DNA of 64,000 nt. It comes from Candidatus Omnitrophota bacterium (GTDB taxonomy: Bacteria > Omnitrophota > Gorgyraeia > Zapsychrales > Fredricksoniimonadaceae). The DNA is taken from contig CAIOPG010000017.1 in the NCBI GenBank assembly GCA_903860135.1, positions 11,364 to 75,363 on the forward strand, given 5' to 3'. Positions 1 through 10,675 of this stretch are shown piece after piece. The notes beneath the pieces were generated by a model. The model saw only the letters and a program-made list of their open reading frames with translations. It was not told the DNA's origin and made no database searches. A program made the position numbers and the translations under genes. Each line of letters starts with the position of its first letter. Position 1 is the stretch's first letter.

Positions 1-738
1 ATCATGCTCCGCTACTGTACCGGAAAACCTGTGCTTAAGATCAGCGGCAACACCCTCACCACGGATGCTTCGACCCAACTCGACGACCTCGCTCTTGCGG
101 CGATCAACAGCCGCCTCGACGGGCTAACCGCCATGAGCGGCATCCCGGGAACAGTGGGCGGTGCCATCGCCGGCAATGCCGGTGCTTACGGCCAGCAGGT
201 TGCCGACCACCTGATGGCGGTCACCGCCCTGATGCCGGACAACGCCGTGATCACGATCCCCAGGAACGCTATCCGTTTTGACTACCGTGACTCGGATTTC
301 AAATATAACAACGCTATCATCCTCGAAGCATCCTTCGCCTTGACCCCGGCTGAAGACATAACGGTGCTCCACGCCCGACGCCACGAGATCCTGGAAACAC
401 GCCGCAGCAAGCACGGCACTTGGGAAAAGAATCCCTGCGCCGGATCATTCTTTCGCAATATCGAACCCGCCGCCCCCGGTGGTCTGCGCCAGGCCGCCGG
501 ATCATTCCTCGAAAGATCAGGCGCCAAAGGCCTTGATGTCAACGGCGCCCATGCCTACCAGAACCATGCCAACATCATCACCCGCGACGACGGAGCCACG
601 GCCCAGGATGTTTACAACCTCACCCTGGCTATGGCGAAACTTGTCAAAACAACATTCAACATTGAGCTGGTACGGGAAGTAAGGCTGTTGGGAGAATTTA
701 AGAACGCATCGACCTGCAATCCCGCAGGTTTCTGGTAA
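1..738 (+). CDS. murB: UDP-N-acetylenolpyruvoylglucosamine reductase (5' truncated by window edge)
   Basis: GIPGTVGGAIAGNAGAYG, FDYRDS, P-x-AGSFFRN, HANII and LVREV motifs typical of MurB; frame is open to position 1. Confidence 0.92.
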   Translation: MMLRYCTGKPVLKISGNTLTTDASTQLDDLALAAINSRLDGLTAMSGIPGTVGGAIAGNAGAYGQQVADHLMAVTALMPDNAVITIPRNAIRFDYRDSDFKYNNAIILEASFALTPAEDITVLHARRHEILETRRSKHGTWEKNPCAGSFFRNIEPAAPGGLRQAAGSFLERSGAKGLDVNGAHAYQNHANIITRDDGATAQDVYNLTLAMAKLVKTTFNIELVREVRLLGEFKNASTCNPAGFW

Positions 739-762
739 CGCGACCTGCAAAGGATACGGCCA

Positions 763-1125
763 TCAAGTCTTGAGATGAGACTTGGCGCATCGTGCCGACG
801 GCTTTGGCAAGATATACTTCACACCGATATCAAACGATACCGCCGATATTTCGGTGACGCGAACGACCTTGGCGCGTCCGTTGTAAATATCGATCACCCC
901 GGACATGACAACCTGCAGTTCAACAATATCACCGACCAAATAAGCCCTCGAACTCAGGAACAGCAGACCGCTATGGCTCATATCTTTTGTGGAAGAAAGA
1001 CTCCAGTCAGCAACGCCATCTGAGGCGCGCGACCGGACAAGGCGGTGCCTCAAGGCAAGGATGCGATGAACGCGCTCGCCCCTGCGGCGTTCTCCCATAA
1101 CACTATCTTTAGCCATCCTCGACAT
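763..1125 (-). CDS. PilZ domain protein (start may be ATG at 1098)
   Basis: ERRRGER (RxxxR) and KDMSHSG (DxSxxG) c-di-GMP-binding motifs, followed by VVRV...IGVKY beta strands. Confidence 0.85.
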   Translation of the reverse strand: MSRMAKDSVMGERRRGERVHRILALRHRLVRSRASDGVADWSLSSTKDMSHSGLLFLSSRAYLVGDIVELQVVMSGVIDIYNGRAKVVRVTEISAVSFDIGVKYILPKPSARCAKSHLKT

Positions 1126-1133
1126 GCTGATCC

Positions 1134-2522
1134 TTAGGCAGGGCCGGTCATCCGGACTGGTTGAACAAAACGGCCATATTCTTCAGCTGTTACAAAACCT
1201 AAGACGAGTGCCGCCGCCTTAAGTGTCATATTCTCGTTGTGGGCTTTTTTGACCACCAATGCCGCCCGATCATACCCTATATGTGGCACAAGAGCTGTTA
1301 CGGTCATCAGAGAATTTTCGACATTCGCTTCGAGACGCCGCAGGTCAGGCTCAATCCCCGCCACACAATTATCCGTAAAACTCATGCAGGCATCCGTCAA
1401 CAGATGGATCGATTGCAGGACATTATAGATGATCACAGGCTTGTACACATTCAGTTCAAAATTACCCGATGCGCCGGCCACCGCCACCGTCGTGTCATTG
1501 CCCATGACCTGCGCACAAACCATGGTCATGGCCTCACACTGGGTCGGATTAACTTTGCCCGGCATGATCGAGCTCCCGGGCTCATTCTCAGGGATCGTGA
1601 TCTCTCCCAGGCCGCAGCGCGGACCGGAAGCCATCCAACGGATATCATTGGCGATCTTCATCAGCGAACAAGCCGCCGTCTTCAAAACACCCGAAAGCTC
1701 AACCATGGTATCATGGGCGGCCAAACCTTCGAACTTGTTGCGCGCCGGACGAAAAGGCAGGCGTGTGATCTCGGCGATGATCTCCGATGCTACTTTGCCA
1801 AGATCCCGATGCGCATTTAACCCGGTGCCCACAGCCGTCCCTCCCAAAGGGATCTCCATCAGGCGGGGCCAGACAGCATTCAGCCGTTCGACGGTATTCC
1901 CCAGCTGGCAGGCGTACCCCGAAAACTCCTGGCCTAACGTCAGCGGGGTCGCATCCATCAAATGCGTCCGCCCGATCTTGACAATGGCTTTGAACTTCTC
2001 CGCTTTCTCATCGAGGACAGCCTGCAACCCCTTGAGGGCCGGTAAAAGTTCATGATAAACAGCCTCGGCCGCCGACACATGCATCGCCGCCGGAAAGACA
2101 TCATTGGAAGACTGCCCCTTGTTAACATCATCATTGGGATGAACAGGATGCCTCGTCCCCATCACGCCGCCCATAAGGACACAGGCACGGTTGCCGATCA
2201 CTTCATTCAGGTTCATATTGGTTTGTGTCCCACTGCCTGTCTGCCAGACAACCAGAGGAAAATGGGCATCCAGGTGCCCGCTCATCACCTCTTCGGCCGC
2301 AGAAACAATGGCCTCCGCTTTCTTGCGGTCAAGCACACCCAGCCGGACATTGGCCATGGCACATGACTTCTTGATGATCGCCATAGCCCGGATGAAGCCC
2401 CGGGGAAAGGTCTGGTCCCCGATCCTGAAATTCTCCAGGGACCGCTGGGTCTGGGCTCCGTAATACATACCTGCCGGAACCTTGACATCCCCCATGCTGT
2501 CGGATTCAATACGGTATTCCAT
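1134..2522 (-). CDS. fumC: class II fumarate hydratase
   Basis: [42 protein letters not shown] signatures. Confidence 0.98.
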   Translation of the reverse strand: MEYRIESDSMGDVKVPAGMYYGAQTQRSLENFRIGDQTFPRGFIRAMAIIKKSCAMANVRLGVLDRKKAEAIVSAAEEVMSGHLDAHFPLVVWQTGSGTQTNMNLNEVIGNRACVLMGGVMGTRHPVHPNDDVNKGQSSNDVFPAAMHVSAAEAVYHELLPALKGLQAVLDEKAEKFKAIVKIGRTHLMDATPLTLGQEFSGYACQLGNTVERLNAVWPRLMEIPLGGTAVGTGLNAHRDLGKVASEIIAEITRLPFRPARNKFEGLAAHDTMVELSGVLKTAACSLMKIANDIRWMASGPRCGLGEITIPENEPGSSIMPGKVNPTQCEAMTMVCAQVMGNDTTVAVAGASGNFELNVYKPVIIYNVLQSIHLLTDACMSFTDNCVAGIEPDLRRLEANVENSLMTVTALVPHIGYDRAALVVKKAHNENMTLKAAALVLGFVTAEEYGRFVQPVRMTGPA

Positions 2523-2523
2523 A

Positions 2524-3981
2524 TCAGTTCTTCTCGATGAAATCTGTCAATAAACGGACCCCGTAACCGGTGGCCCCATGGCCAAAGTACATCCTGGAAT
2601 CACCGTCGACAAAAGCCGTCCCCGCGATATCAAGGTGCGCCCAGGGGACCTCTCCCACAAACTGATGCAGGAACTCGGCCCCGGTCATCGTGCCGGCAGA
2701 ACCTTTCTGATTGCTGATGTTCTTCATGTCCGCGATCTTCGATTTGATCATATCCTTCAGCTCGGGATACAGGGGCAATCGCCAGGCCCTGTCGTCGGTC
2801 GCCGCCGCACTGGCCAGGATGGCATCGGCCAGCGCATCATTGTTGGACATAAGCCCGGCATAATCATACCCAAGCCCGACGACACACGCCCCTGTCAGGG
2901 TGGCGATATCCACAAGCCGCGCCGGTTTATATTTATCGATAACATAAGCGATCACATCCGCCAGGACCAGCCGACCCTCGGCATCCGTATTACCAACCTC
3001 GACGGACTTGCCGGCATAACCGGTGATCACGTCACCCGGCTTATAAGCATTGGCATCGATGGCATTCTCGGCCGCGCCAAAAGCAAAAATGATATTTTTC
3101 TTGATACCCAGTTCAAGGACAGTTTTTAATGTCCCGATAATGGCCGCCGCCCCGCTCATATCACTGCGCATGGTTTCCATACTGCCCGACGGTTTCAAAT
3201 TAAGCCCGCCCGAATCAAACGTAAGGCCTTTACCAACAAGCGCGGTGTAAGGCTCATCGTTGCGTCCGCCATTATAACAGGCAACAACAATCCGCGGCGC
3301 CTGCGCACTGCCTCTGTTCACCGCCAGGATAAGGCCAAATTTCCCGGCCGCAAGCTCCTTGCGCCCCAAAACATCAAGCGTTACCTCCTTGTTGCCCTTC
3401 ACAAGGCCACGCACCGTCTTTGCGAGGTATTCCGCCGTTGTTATGTCGGCGTTCTCATTAATAATATCACGCGTAAAATTCACCGCTGCCGCGATCACGT
3501 TCAGCTTGGTATACAGTGCTTTTTTTTCGGCGACAATGTGCAGATGTTTATGCTCTACTGTCGTATCCTCTTTCTTGCGGGTGATGTATTTCTTCCAGGC
3601 ATAGGCACCGATCACATGCGCATCGATCAAAGCCCTGACCACATCTTCCCCGTCACGGTGGACGACAACTTCGATATCCGCAGTCTTTTTAAAGAAAGAA
3701 GCTCCCAATGCCCGCCGCAAAAGAACACGCAGGGAAGGCAATGTCAGCTCTTCCTCCTTGCCAAGGCCTAAAAGAAGCACCAGGCATCGGCCACAAACGA
3801 CCGGGAACATTTCCCCTTTGGTGCCCTCAAATTTCCCTGAACCAAGAACCGCGTTCAAGGCCGCCGCAACGCCTTTGTCAACAACAGGAACAACCCCGGC
3901 ACTGACCTGAGCGGCTGTCAAACAGACAAGCGCGGCCGGTTTGTTAAATAAAGCTTTGGGAATAAAACTGATCACACACAA
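2524..3981 (-). CDS. pepA: leucyl aminopeptidase (M17)
   Basis: [41 protein letters not shown]. Confidence 0.95.
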   Translation of the reverse strand: MCVISFIPKALFNKPAALVCLTAAQVSAGVVPVVDKGVAAALNAVLGSGKFEGTKGEMFPVVCGRCLVLLLGLGKEEELTLPSLRVLLRRALGASFFKKTADIEVVVHRDGEDVVRALIDAHVIGAYAWKKYITRKKEDTTVEHKHLHIVAEKKALYTKLNVIAAAVNFTRDIINENADITTAEYLAKTVRGLVKGNKEVTLDVLGRKELAAGKFGLILAVNRGSAQAPRIVVACYNGGRNDEPYTALVGKGLTFDSGGLNLKPSGSMETMRSDMSGAAAIIGTLKTVLELGIKKNIIFAFGAAENAIDANAYKPGDVITGYAGKSVEVGNTDAEGRLVLADVIAYVIDKYKPARLVDIATLTGACVVGLGYDYAGLMSNNDALADAILASAAATDDRAWRLPLYPELKDMIKSKIADMKNISNQKGSAGTMTGAEFLHQFVGEVPWAHLDIAGTAFVDGDSRMYFGHGATGYGVRLLTDFIEKN

Positions 3982-3993
3982 CTCCTTGTTAAA

Positions 3994-5298
3994 TTAAACT
4001 CTTCGGGTAACGGGAACATAATCGCGCCGCTGAGGCCCGACATAGATCTGACGCGGACGCCCGATCTTCGAGCCGCCAGGAACCTCGATCATCTCTTTCC
4101 AATGGGCGATCCATCCGGGCATGCGGCCTATGGCAAACATAACCGTGAACATATCCTTGGGAATGCCGATGGCCTTGTAGATCAAACCACTGTAAAAATC
4201 CACATTCGGATAAAGATTCCGCTCAACGAAATAAGGGTCTCTCAAGACAGCTTCTTCAAGTTGGATCGCGATCTCAAGCAAGGGATCATCAATACCCAGC
4301 TTGCCCAGGAGTTGATGGGCGCACTGCTTGATGATCTTCGCGCGCGGGTCATAGCTCTTGTAAACACGATGCCCGACACCCATCAGGCGAAAGGTGTTGT
4401 TCTTGTCCTTGGCCATATCAATGTATTTCTCGATCCCGCCGCCATGGGCATGGATCATCTCGAGCATATCAATGACGGCCTCATTGGCCCCGCCATGCAG
4501 GGGACCCCAGAGAGCACAGATCCCCGCCGAGACTGACGCAAAAAGGTTGGTGCGCGCGCTACCCACAAGCCGTACCGTTGAGGTCGAACAATTCTGCTCG
4601 TGATCAGCATGAAGGATGAACAGCACCTTCATGGCCTGAACGACCTCGTCATAGATCTTGTACGGCTTGGTCGGCGATGAGAACATCATATTGAGAAGAT
4701 TAGGGACATACTCCATATCTTCATGGGGATAAATAAAAGGCTCACCGATGGATTTTTTGTACGCGAAGGCCACGATCGTCCTGACCTTGGACATTAACTG
4801 GATGGCGATCCGGTCGAAATCTTCCTTTGTCGGATTCATCATGTCTATGCCGGGATAATACGCCGACAACGAACATACCATCGATGCCAGAACGGCCATC
4901 GGATGCGCGCTCGAGGGATAACCGTCGAAAAAACGTTTCATGTCCTCATGGATCATCGAGTGATCCGTGAAATTCTCGGAAAGGCGGCGCAACTGCTCGG
5001 CTGACGGCAATTCACCATAAATAAGCAAATGCGCCACTTCCAGGAAACTCGAGTGCTCGGCAAGCTGTTCAATAGGATAACCGCGGTAACGCAGGACACC
5101 GGCATCCCCGTCGAGATAGGTAATAGCGCTCTCGCAATTGGATGTATTCCCGAAGCCATGATCGAGCGTGACGTAATTCGTCAACGTACGCAGCTTGGAA
5201 ATATCAATGCCTTTTTCACCTTCGGTTCCAACAACAATAGGCAGTTCAAACGTATTCCCGTCGAGAATAACTTTAGCCGGCTGAGGATGCTGTTCCAT
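3994..5298 (-). CDS. gltA: citrate synthase
   Basis: LRYRGYPIEQL, HADHEQNCST, GPLHGGANE, GHRVYK, PNVDFYSG. Confidence 0.98.
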   Translation of the reverse strand: MEQHPQPAKVILDGNTFELPIVVGTEGEKGIDISKLRTLTNYVTLDHGFGNTSNCESAITYLDGDAGVLRYRGYPIEQLAEHSSFLEVAHLLIYGELPSAEQLRRLSENFTDHSMIHEDMKRFFDGYPSSAHPMAVLASMVCSLSAYYPGIDMMNPTKEDFDRIAIQLMSKVRTIVAFAYKKSIGEPFIYPHEDMEYVPNLLNMMFSSPTKPYKIYDEVVQAMKVLFILHADHEQNCSTSTVRLVGSARTNLFASVSAGICALWGPLHGGANEAVIDMLEMIHAHGGGIEKYIDMAKDKNNTFRLMGVGHRVYKSYDPRAKIIKQCAHQLLGKLGIDDPLLEIAIQLEEAVLRDPYFVERNLYPNVDFYSGLIYKAIGIPKDMFTVMFAIGRMPGWIAHWKEMIEVPGGSKIGRPRQIYVGPQRRDYVPVTRRV

Positions 5299-5324
5299 TC
5301 AACGACCTCCAATGCAAAGATTTT

Positions 5325-6416
5325 TCATTGCCCAGATACCGTATGTCCCCGAAGGACCTGGGTCTCAACATCCCGTTTAATAATACAAACATCCGGCAAG
5401 ATAGTAAGGAACACATCCACTACTTCCGGATCGAAATGGGCTCCGGACATCTTTCTTATTTCAACTGCCGCCGCCTCAACCGACCAGGCATTCTTGTACG
5501 GCCTGTCAGATGTCAAGGCATCAAAAACATCACATACCGAACAAATACGGCCAACTAAAGGGATCTCTTTACCCTTTAAACCTACAGGATAACCTGCCCC
5601 ATCCCAGCGTTCATGATGCGTGCGTGCGATCGTTTCGGACATCTTAAGGAACGATGAATCTCCGCCGGAAAGGATCTCTCCGCCTATCCAGGCATGTGTC
5701 TTCATAACCCCCCACTCCTCGGGGGTCAGCGAACCGGGTTTCAAAAGGATACTGTCCGGGATCGCGATCTTGCCGATATCATGGAGCGGAGCCGACGCCA
5801 AGATCAGTTCACACTCTTCCCCGGTCATCCCCATGGCACGGGCTAGGCAAGCACAAAAACGACTCATGCGCACAATATGCTGACCCGTATCACTATCACG
5901 GCATTCCGCGGCATATCCCAACCGGCGGATGACATCAAGCCTGCTATCACTCAGCTCCTTGGTCCGCGCCGCGATCTTAACTTCAAGGTCATCGTTCTTC
6001 TCCTGCAATTCCTGATAAAGAAGACGGACTTCAATGATGTTCCGGCAACGCAACACAACCTTGGCCCCATCGTATGGCTTGTTCAGGAAGTCTTTCGCAC
6101 CGCCAGAAAGGGCGCGTGCGTAAACCTCCGGGTCGGTCTCCGCAGAAATAACCAAGATGGGCAGGTAATCATCCGGATACGTCTCACGCAACTGTTGCAT
6201 GACCGTAAACCCGTCAATACCAGGCAGATTTAAATCAAGGAGCACCAAATGGGGCTTGTACTGCTTATAAATAGTATGGACGTGCCCAGCATCGGGGATC
6301 GCATGCACATCAATAAATCCTGCCGACAACAGAATATTCACCAGAAGTTTGCGGCTAATGGTATCATCCTCAACAACAAGAATACGTGCGTTAAGGATCG
6401 CTTCCGGGGAGATCAT
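5325..6416 (-). CDS. response regulator with HD-GYP c-di-GMP phosphodiesterase domain
   Basis: N-terminal receiver (VEDD, LLDL, KP) plus LHDIGK, HHERWDGAGYP and DVFDAL..RPYK. Confidence 0.93.
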   Translation of the reverse strand: MISPEAILNARILVVEDDTISRKLLVNILLSAGFIDVHAIPDAGHVHTIYKQYKPHLVLLDLNLPGIDGFTVMQQLRETYPDDYLPILVISAETDPEVYARALSGGAKDFLNKPYDGAKVVLRCRNIIEVRLLYQELQEKNDDLEVKIAARTKELSDSRLDVIRRLGYAAECRDSDTGQHIVRMSRFCACLARAMGMTGEECELILASAPLHDIGKIAIPDSILLKPGSLTPEEWGVMKTHAWIGGEILSGGDSSFLKMSETIARTHHERWDGAGYPVGLKGKEIPLVGRICSVCDVFDALTSDRPYKNAWSVEAAAVEIRKMSGAHFDPEVVDVFLTILPDVCIIKRDVETQVLRGHTVSGQ

Positions 6417-6534
6417 AAAGAAACCTTTCCATACTCTCGGATGACATCATTGAAGAAAGACACCCTGAACCGCATCTGTTTCGACGAGAAATAATAGCAG
6501 AAGAAAAACTTCCGGTAAACGAAATTCGTCAAAA

Positions 6535-7899
6535 TCAAGTCCGCGCGCCGTGAATGATATCCAGTACAACCTTCATCCCTGAAGCCGCCTGCTCCCACGC
6601 TTCCAGAGGATCTGTCCCCTTGGTGAATACCGCCGAAGCGTACGCGTGCAAACTCTTTTCTTCAAGAAGACAGGCTCTTGCCGCCACCGCCAGTTCCGTA
6701 TAATCTTTACTCAAAAAACCAACCGGGCCGCAAAACCATCCCCGGTCAAAAACCTCATGCTGTTGCAAGAACAACCGCGCTTTTTCCGCAGGCATCCCCG
6801 AAACAACCGGCGACGGATGCAGCGCCTGTAAGAACTCCCTGTCTGTAATATCCTCACTGAGAGTTCCTGAAAGGCGCACAGCAAGCTGATGATGGTGCGC
6901 ACGGCTAAAGACTTCCGACTCGCGGTCAACCTGATACGACCGGCAAAACTGTCGAAAGACCTCGATCATGGCGCCAGCAAAAAGATTATGGCCGCGTAAT
7001 AGCTTGTCCGATTTTAAGAGTGAATGGGAAAGCCTGTCATCATGTGCCGCATCAACACCACGCGGGCAAACACCCAGAATGGCCAGGCTCTTGACACGAT
7101 TGCCATTGCGCACATACAGGAGCTCTGGCGAAACCCCAAAGAATACATCTTCCCCTGCCGAAAAAAGGAACGCGAAATCATCCTGTTGCTCGGTCAGGAA
7201 AGTTTCAAGCATCTTTTCGGGGAAAACCATATTTTCAAGTTCAATGGTTACCCGGCGTGCCATAACAATGTTTTGAAGCACCCCATTCTCCAATGCTCTC
7301 TCGGCCTGTTCCGCAGCCATGACCCAATCTTCATAATCAGGGACATCTTCACGCGAACTCAAAATAATGTCCCCGCTACTGACATTATTAATAAAACGGA
7401 GTTTTTCCAATTCCATCCTGATGCGACCGTCAAGCGGAGCCTCCGGGGCGCCGCGCACAACATTAACCGCAAGGAAAACACCCTCCGCATGGCAAACGAG
7501 CTCCACAGCCGGAAGGATAAAGCGGATGGCCGGAAAGTTCTTCCATTCAAGGGCACTGACAGAACGATTAAAACTCATGCCAACAAAAAAACGTGCCTCA
7601 GGACAGGCCTGCATCATCGCGTTGATACGGGCATAAAGCTCTTCGAGGGCATACCAGCCGTCAGCGGTGATCTCAAAAGCAGAACCGATCCCGGCAACCG
7701 TCAAAGCTCCGCCGGCAGAACGCCAGAATACCTTGCGGCTGCTGGTCTGTCCGGCAAGCCAGGCAACAGGATCAACATTCACAAGAGGAACCTTGAACCG
7801 CAGGATAACCGATCCCCTTTTAGGATCATTGTCAACGCGCATCGCTTCATCCAATTGCGCAAGCAAGATTTTCTTGGCTTCCTCAAAACCATAATGCAT
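6535..7899 (-). CDS. isochorismate synthase (MenF)-like chorismate-binding protein with degenerate active site
   Basis: MST-fold motifs IVMARR, GVSPELL, LHPSPVVSG, FDRGWFCGPVG. Start set at ATG 7899, preceded by GAGGT, just after the ubiE stop. Confidence 0.8.
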   Translation of the reverse strand: MHYGFEEAKKILLAQLDEAMRVDNDPKRGSVILRFKVPLVNVDPVAWLAGQTSSRKVFWRSAGGALTVAGIGSAFEITADGWYALEELYARINAMMQACPEARFFVGMSFNRSVSALEWKNFPAIRFILPAVELVCHAEGVFLAVNVVRGAPEAPLDGRIRMELEKLRFINNVSSGDIILSSREDVPDYEDWVMAAEQAERALENGVLQNIVMARRVTIELENMVFPEKMLETFLTEQQDDFAFLFSAGEDVFFGVSPELLYVRNGNRVKSLAILGVCPRGVDAAHDDRLSHSLLKSDKLLRGHNLFAGAMIEVFRQFCRSYQVDRESEVFSRAHHHQLAVRLSGTLSEDITDREFLQALHPSPVVSGMPAEKARLFLQQHEVFDRGWFCGPVGFLSKDYTELAVAARACLLEEKSLHAYASAVFTKGTDPLEAWEQAASGMKVVLDIIHGART

Positions 7900-7903
7900 G
7901 ACT

Positions 7904-8584
7904 TTACCTCGTCGCAACGCAGATCGTTACGGCCCCCATGGCCAGCGCATAACGCTCAATAACCCCAAAACCTGCCTGACGGATAATGCGCCCCATCCGT
8001 TCACCGGAAGGAAACGCGCGTATGGATCTGCCCAGATAACAGTACGCTTCCTTCTTCCCTGTAAATAGCCCGCCGATCAAAGGCACCGCCATACCCAAAT
8101 ACAAAGAATGCCCGATCTTTTGCCACCAGCCAGAAGGCATCGAAAACTCAAGGATAATACAACGCCCGCCGGGCTTCAGCACACGAAAAGCCTCGGCCAG
8201 CCCTTGCATCAGATCCGGGAAATTCCGGACACCAAAAGCCGCTGTGACAACATCAAATTCGTGATCTTTGAACGCCAACGCCAGCGCATCGCCGGCGATC
8301 AACTCCACCTTGCCGGTAAGCCCTTGCTGTTGGACCTTCAGCCGCCCGAGGCGGAGCATCTCTTCAGCGCAGTCTATCCCTGTAACCCTGCCGACACGTG
8401 CCTCACGGCCAAGGACGATCGCCATTTCGGCTGTGCCCGCCGCCAGATCAAGCACGCGCAAGGCCGATCCCTCGGGGAGAAAATGAACGGCCTTCTGACG
8501 CCACCGCCGATCCATTCCCAGCGACAAGACCCGGTTCACCTTGTCATAATCCGGGGCAATGGCATCAAATATCTGGATGGTCAT
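7904..8584 (-). CDS. ubiE: UbiE/MenG quinone C-methyltransferase
   Basis: [38 protein letters not shown]...LEFS. Confidence 0.9.
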   Translation of the reverse strand: MTIQIFDAIAPDYDKVNRVLSLGMDRRWRQKAVHFLPEGSALRVLDLAAGTAEMAIVLGREARVGRVTGIDCAEEMLRLGRLKVQQQGLTGKVELIAGDALALAFKDHEFDVVTAAFGVRNFPDLMQGLAEAFRVLKPGGRCIILEFSMPSGWWQKIGHSLYLGMAVPLIGGLFTGKKEAYCYLGRSIRAFPSGERMGRIIRQAGFGVIERYALAMGAVTICVATR

Positions 8585-9512
8585 TCAAAAACCTTTCCGC
8601 ATCAAGGGCGGCCATGCCACCTGAACCAGCGGCCACGATGGCCTGACGATATTTCTTATCCTGCACGTCACCACAGGCAAACACACCCGTGGCACTGGTA
8701 TGCGTTGTCCCGGGGATAACCTTAATATATCCGGCTTCATCAAGTTCGATCTGCCCGCCAAGGAAAGCCGTGTTGGGCGTATGCCCGATCGCGTAAAAAA
8801 GACCACCGCAGGGGAGCTCGGACACCGCATCTGTCCTGACATCCTTCACTTTCAGGCCTGTTAAAAACTTTTCACCATACGCCTCCACAGGAACCGTATG
8901 CCACATGATCGTGATCACAGGGTTTGCCTTGACACGATCCTGCATGGCTTGCGACGCACGCAGGCTATCCCGTCGATGCATGAGGATGACCCTCGACGCG
9001 TATTTGGCCAGATGACAGGCCTCCTCGATCGCCGAATCCCCTCCGCCGACCACCACGAGCACCTTGCCGCGGAAAAGAGGCAGTGCCCCGTCACAAACAG
9101 CACAGGCGGAAATGCCACGCTGCCAATACTTATCTTCCCCAGGGATAGCCATACGCCGAGCCGTTGCCCCGCTGGCAACGATCAAAGCCCGGGCCTCAAT
9201 CTCGCTCCCCGACTCCGTGATAACCCGAAAAGGCCGACGCGAAAGATCAACGCGCACGACCGTTTCAGTCTCGATCCGCGCCCCATGCTTCACGGATTGC
9301 TCCCGCATCCGCTCCATCAACACAGGCCCAGAAACACCTTCTGGAAAACCGGGAAAGTTTTCGATCTCGGTGGTGGTGGTCAACTGCCCTCCCGGGGCTA
9401 TGCCGCCGGCCATCATTCCCTCGAACATCAAGGGCTTGAGGTTGGCGCGTGCCGTATAGATTGCCGCGGTGTGCCCTGCGGGACCTGAACCAATGATAAT
9501 GACATTGTCCAT
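8565..9512 (-). CDS. trxB: thioredoxin-disulfide reductase
   Basis: [21 protein letters not shown] redox pair, [17 protein letters not shown]. Confidence 0.97.
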   Translation of the reverse strand: MDNVIIIGSGPAGHTAAIYTARANLKPLMFEGMMAGGIAPGGQLTTTTEIENFPGFPEGVSGPVLMERMREQSVKHGARIETETVVRVDLSRRPFRVITESGSEIEARALIVASGATARRMAIPGEDKYWQRGISACAVCDGALPLFRGKVLVVVGGGDSAIEEACHLAKYASRVILMHRRDSLRASQAMQDRVKANPVITIMWHTVPVEAYGEKFLTGLKVKDVRTDAVSELPCGGLFYAIGHTPNTAFLGGQIELDEAGYIKVIPGTTHTSATGVFACGDVQDKKYRQAIVAAGSGGMAALDAERFLNDHPDI

Positions 9513-10595
9513 TTATACATTCTCCTGAAATGGCCGTAATTCCTTCAACCCTTTTAACTGATCCACCGTGCAACCGTCATCTTCGTTTCCGCGCGATAAC
9601 AATGCCTCCAACGGAATATCCGAGGTGAGCGTAAAACCCATATCACTGATCATGCGCAAGGTCCGGTTATCGGCAGCCCCCTTCGCATTCAAATACCCCT
9701 GCAAGAACAGCGAATTTGCCGCGTAGAGCCCCAGCGGCTCCAGCGAACGCAGATGCAGTTCCCGCCCGGCGGCCATCCTGATCTCTGCCGACGGGTTCAT
9801 CAGGCGGAACAGGCAGAGCACACGCAGACAATATTCAGGTGTCAACCCAACCGCCGCCTTGATGGCAATGCCGGCAACAGGAATCAGAAAGTTAACCGGA
9901 ATAGACGCTGCCCCGGCATCGCGCAGGGTCCGGGCCATGCCATAAACATCATCCGGCCCTTCGCCCATGCCAATGATCACGCCCGAACAAACCGGCAAGC
10001 CTGCCGTTTGGGCCGCCCGGAGCGTCCCCAGGCGATCCGCATAGGTATGACTCGTGCAAATGTACCGGTAGTACTTCTCGGATGTATTGATATTGTGATT
10101 CAGACGATCCAGTCCCGCTTCTTTTAATTGGCGCGCCTGATCCGTATTCACAACACCCGGTGACACGCAAACCTCCATATGGTGCCGGCGCTTGATCTCG
10201 CGGATCAACCGCACCAGATGAGCGATCCGGCTGTCCGAAGGCCCTGTCCCCGAAAACACCAGGCAGTAACGCCCGGCTCCGGCCGCATGGGCCGCGGCGG
10301 CCTCGGCATAAATTTCTTCATCAGACTTCATCGCGTACCCTTCGATCGGCGCCGATGATGACGCCGACTGCGCGCAATAACGGCAATCCTCCGGGCACAT
10401 CCCGTTCTGGACATTGTTGAGGATGTGCACCGTCACGGTCCTGCCAAAATACTGACGGCGGAACCGGTAAGCCAGCGCCAGCAATTCCATGGTGTCCAGC
10501 TGGTTGATATCCAGCATCCGAACGGCATCCTCGCGCGCGAGGACTTCTGATCGCGCGATCGCATCACCCATAACCTGATAATATTTGTCTTTCAT
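9513..10595 (-). CDS. bioB: biotin synthase
   Basis: CPEDCRYCAQS radical SAM motif, NHNINTS, VCSGVIIGMGE, SIPVNF, IRMAAGRE. Confidence 0.95.
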   Translation of the reverse strand: MKDKYYQVMGDAIARSEVLAREDAVRMLDINQLDTMELLALAYRFRRQYFGRTVTVHILNNVQNGMCPEDCRYCAQSASSSAPIEGYAMKSDEEIYAEAAAAHAAGAGRYCLVFSGTGPSDSRIAHLVRLIREIKRRHHMEVCVSPGVVNTDQARQLKEAGLDRLNHNINTSEKYYRYICTSHTYADRLGTLRAAQTAGLPVCSGVIIGMGEGPDDVYGMARTLRDAGAASIPVNFLIPVAGIAIKAAVGLTPEYCLRVLCLFRLMNPSAEIRMAAGRELHLRSLEPLGLYAANSLFLQGYLNAKGAADNRTLRMISDMGFTLTSDIPLEALLSRGNEDDGCTVDQLKGLKELRPFQENV

Positions 10596-10630
10596 GCCGG
10601 CTATCTTAGCAGAAAGTCAGCAAAAATGCC

Positions 10631-10658
10631 TTGCTTTTCATCTTCTTTCCTTTATAGT
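10631..10658 (+). promoter_or_regulatory. putative sigma70 promoter for the 10676 gene
   Basis: TTGCTT (10631-10636), 16-nt spacer, TATAGT (10653-10658) in the divergent bioB intergenic region. Confidence 0.4.
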
Positions 10659-10675
10659 GAGGCATAAAGAAAAAC

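Noticed and set aside
7024-7962. 312-aa plus-strand ORF
   Set aside because: Antisense shadow of the MenF-like gene with no recognisable motifs
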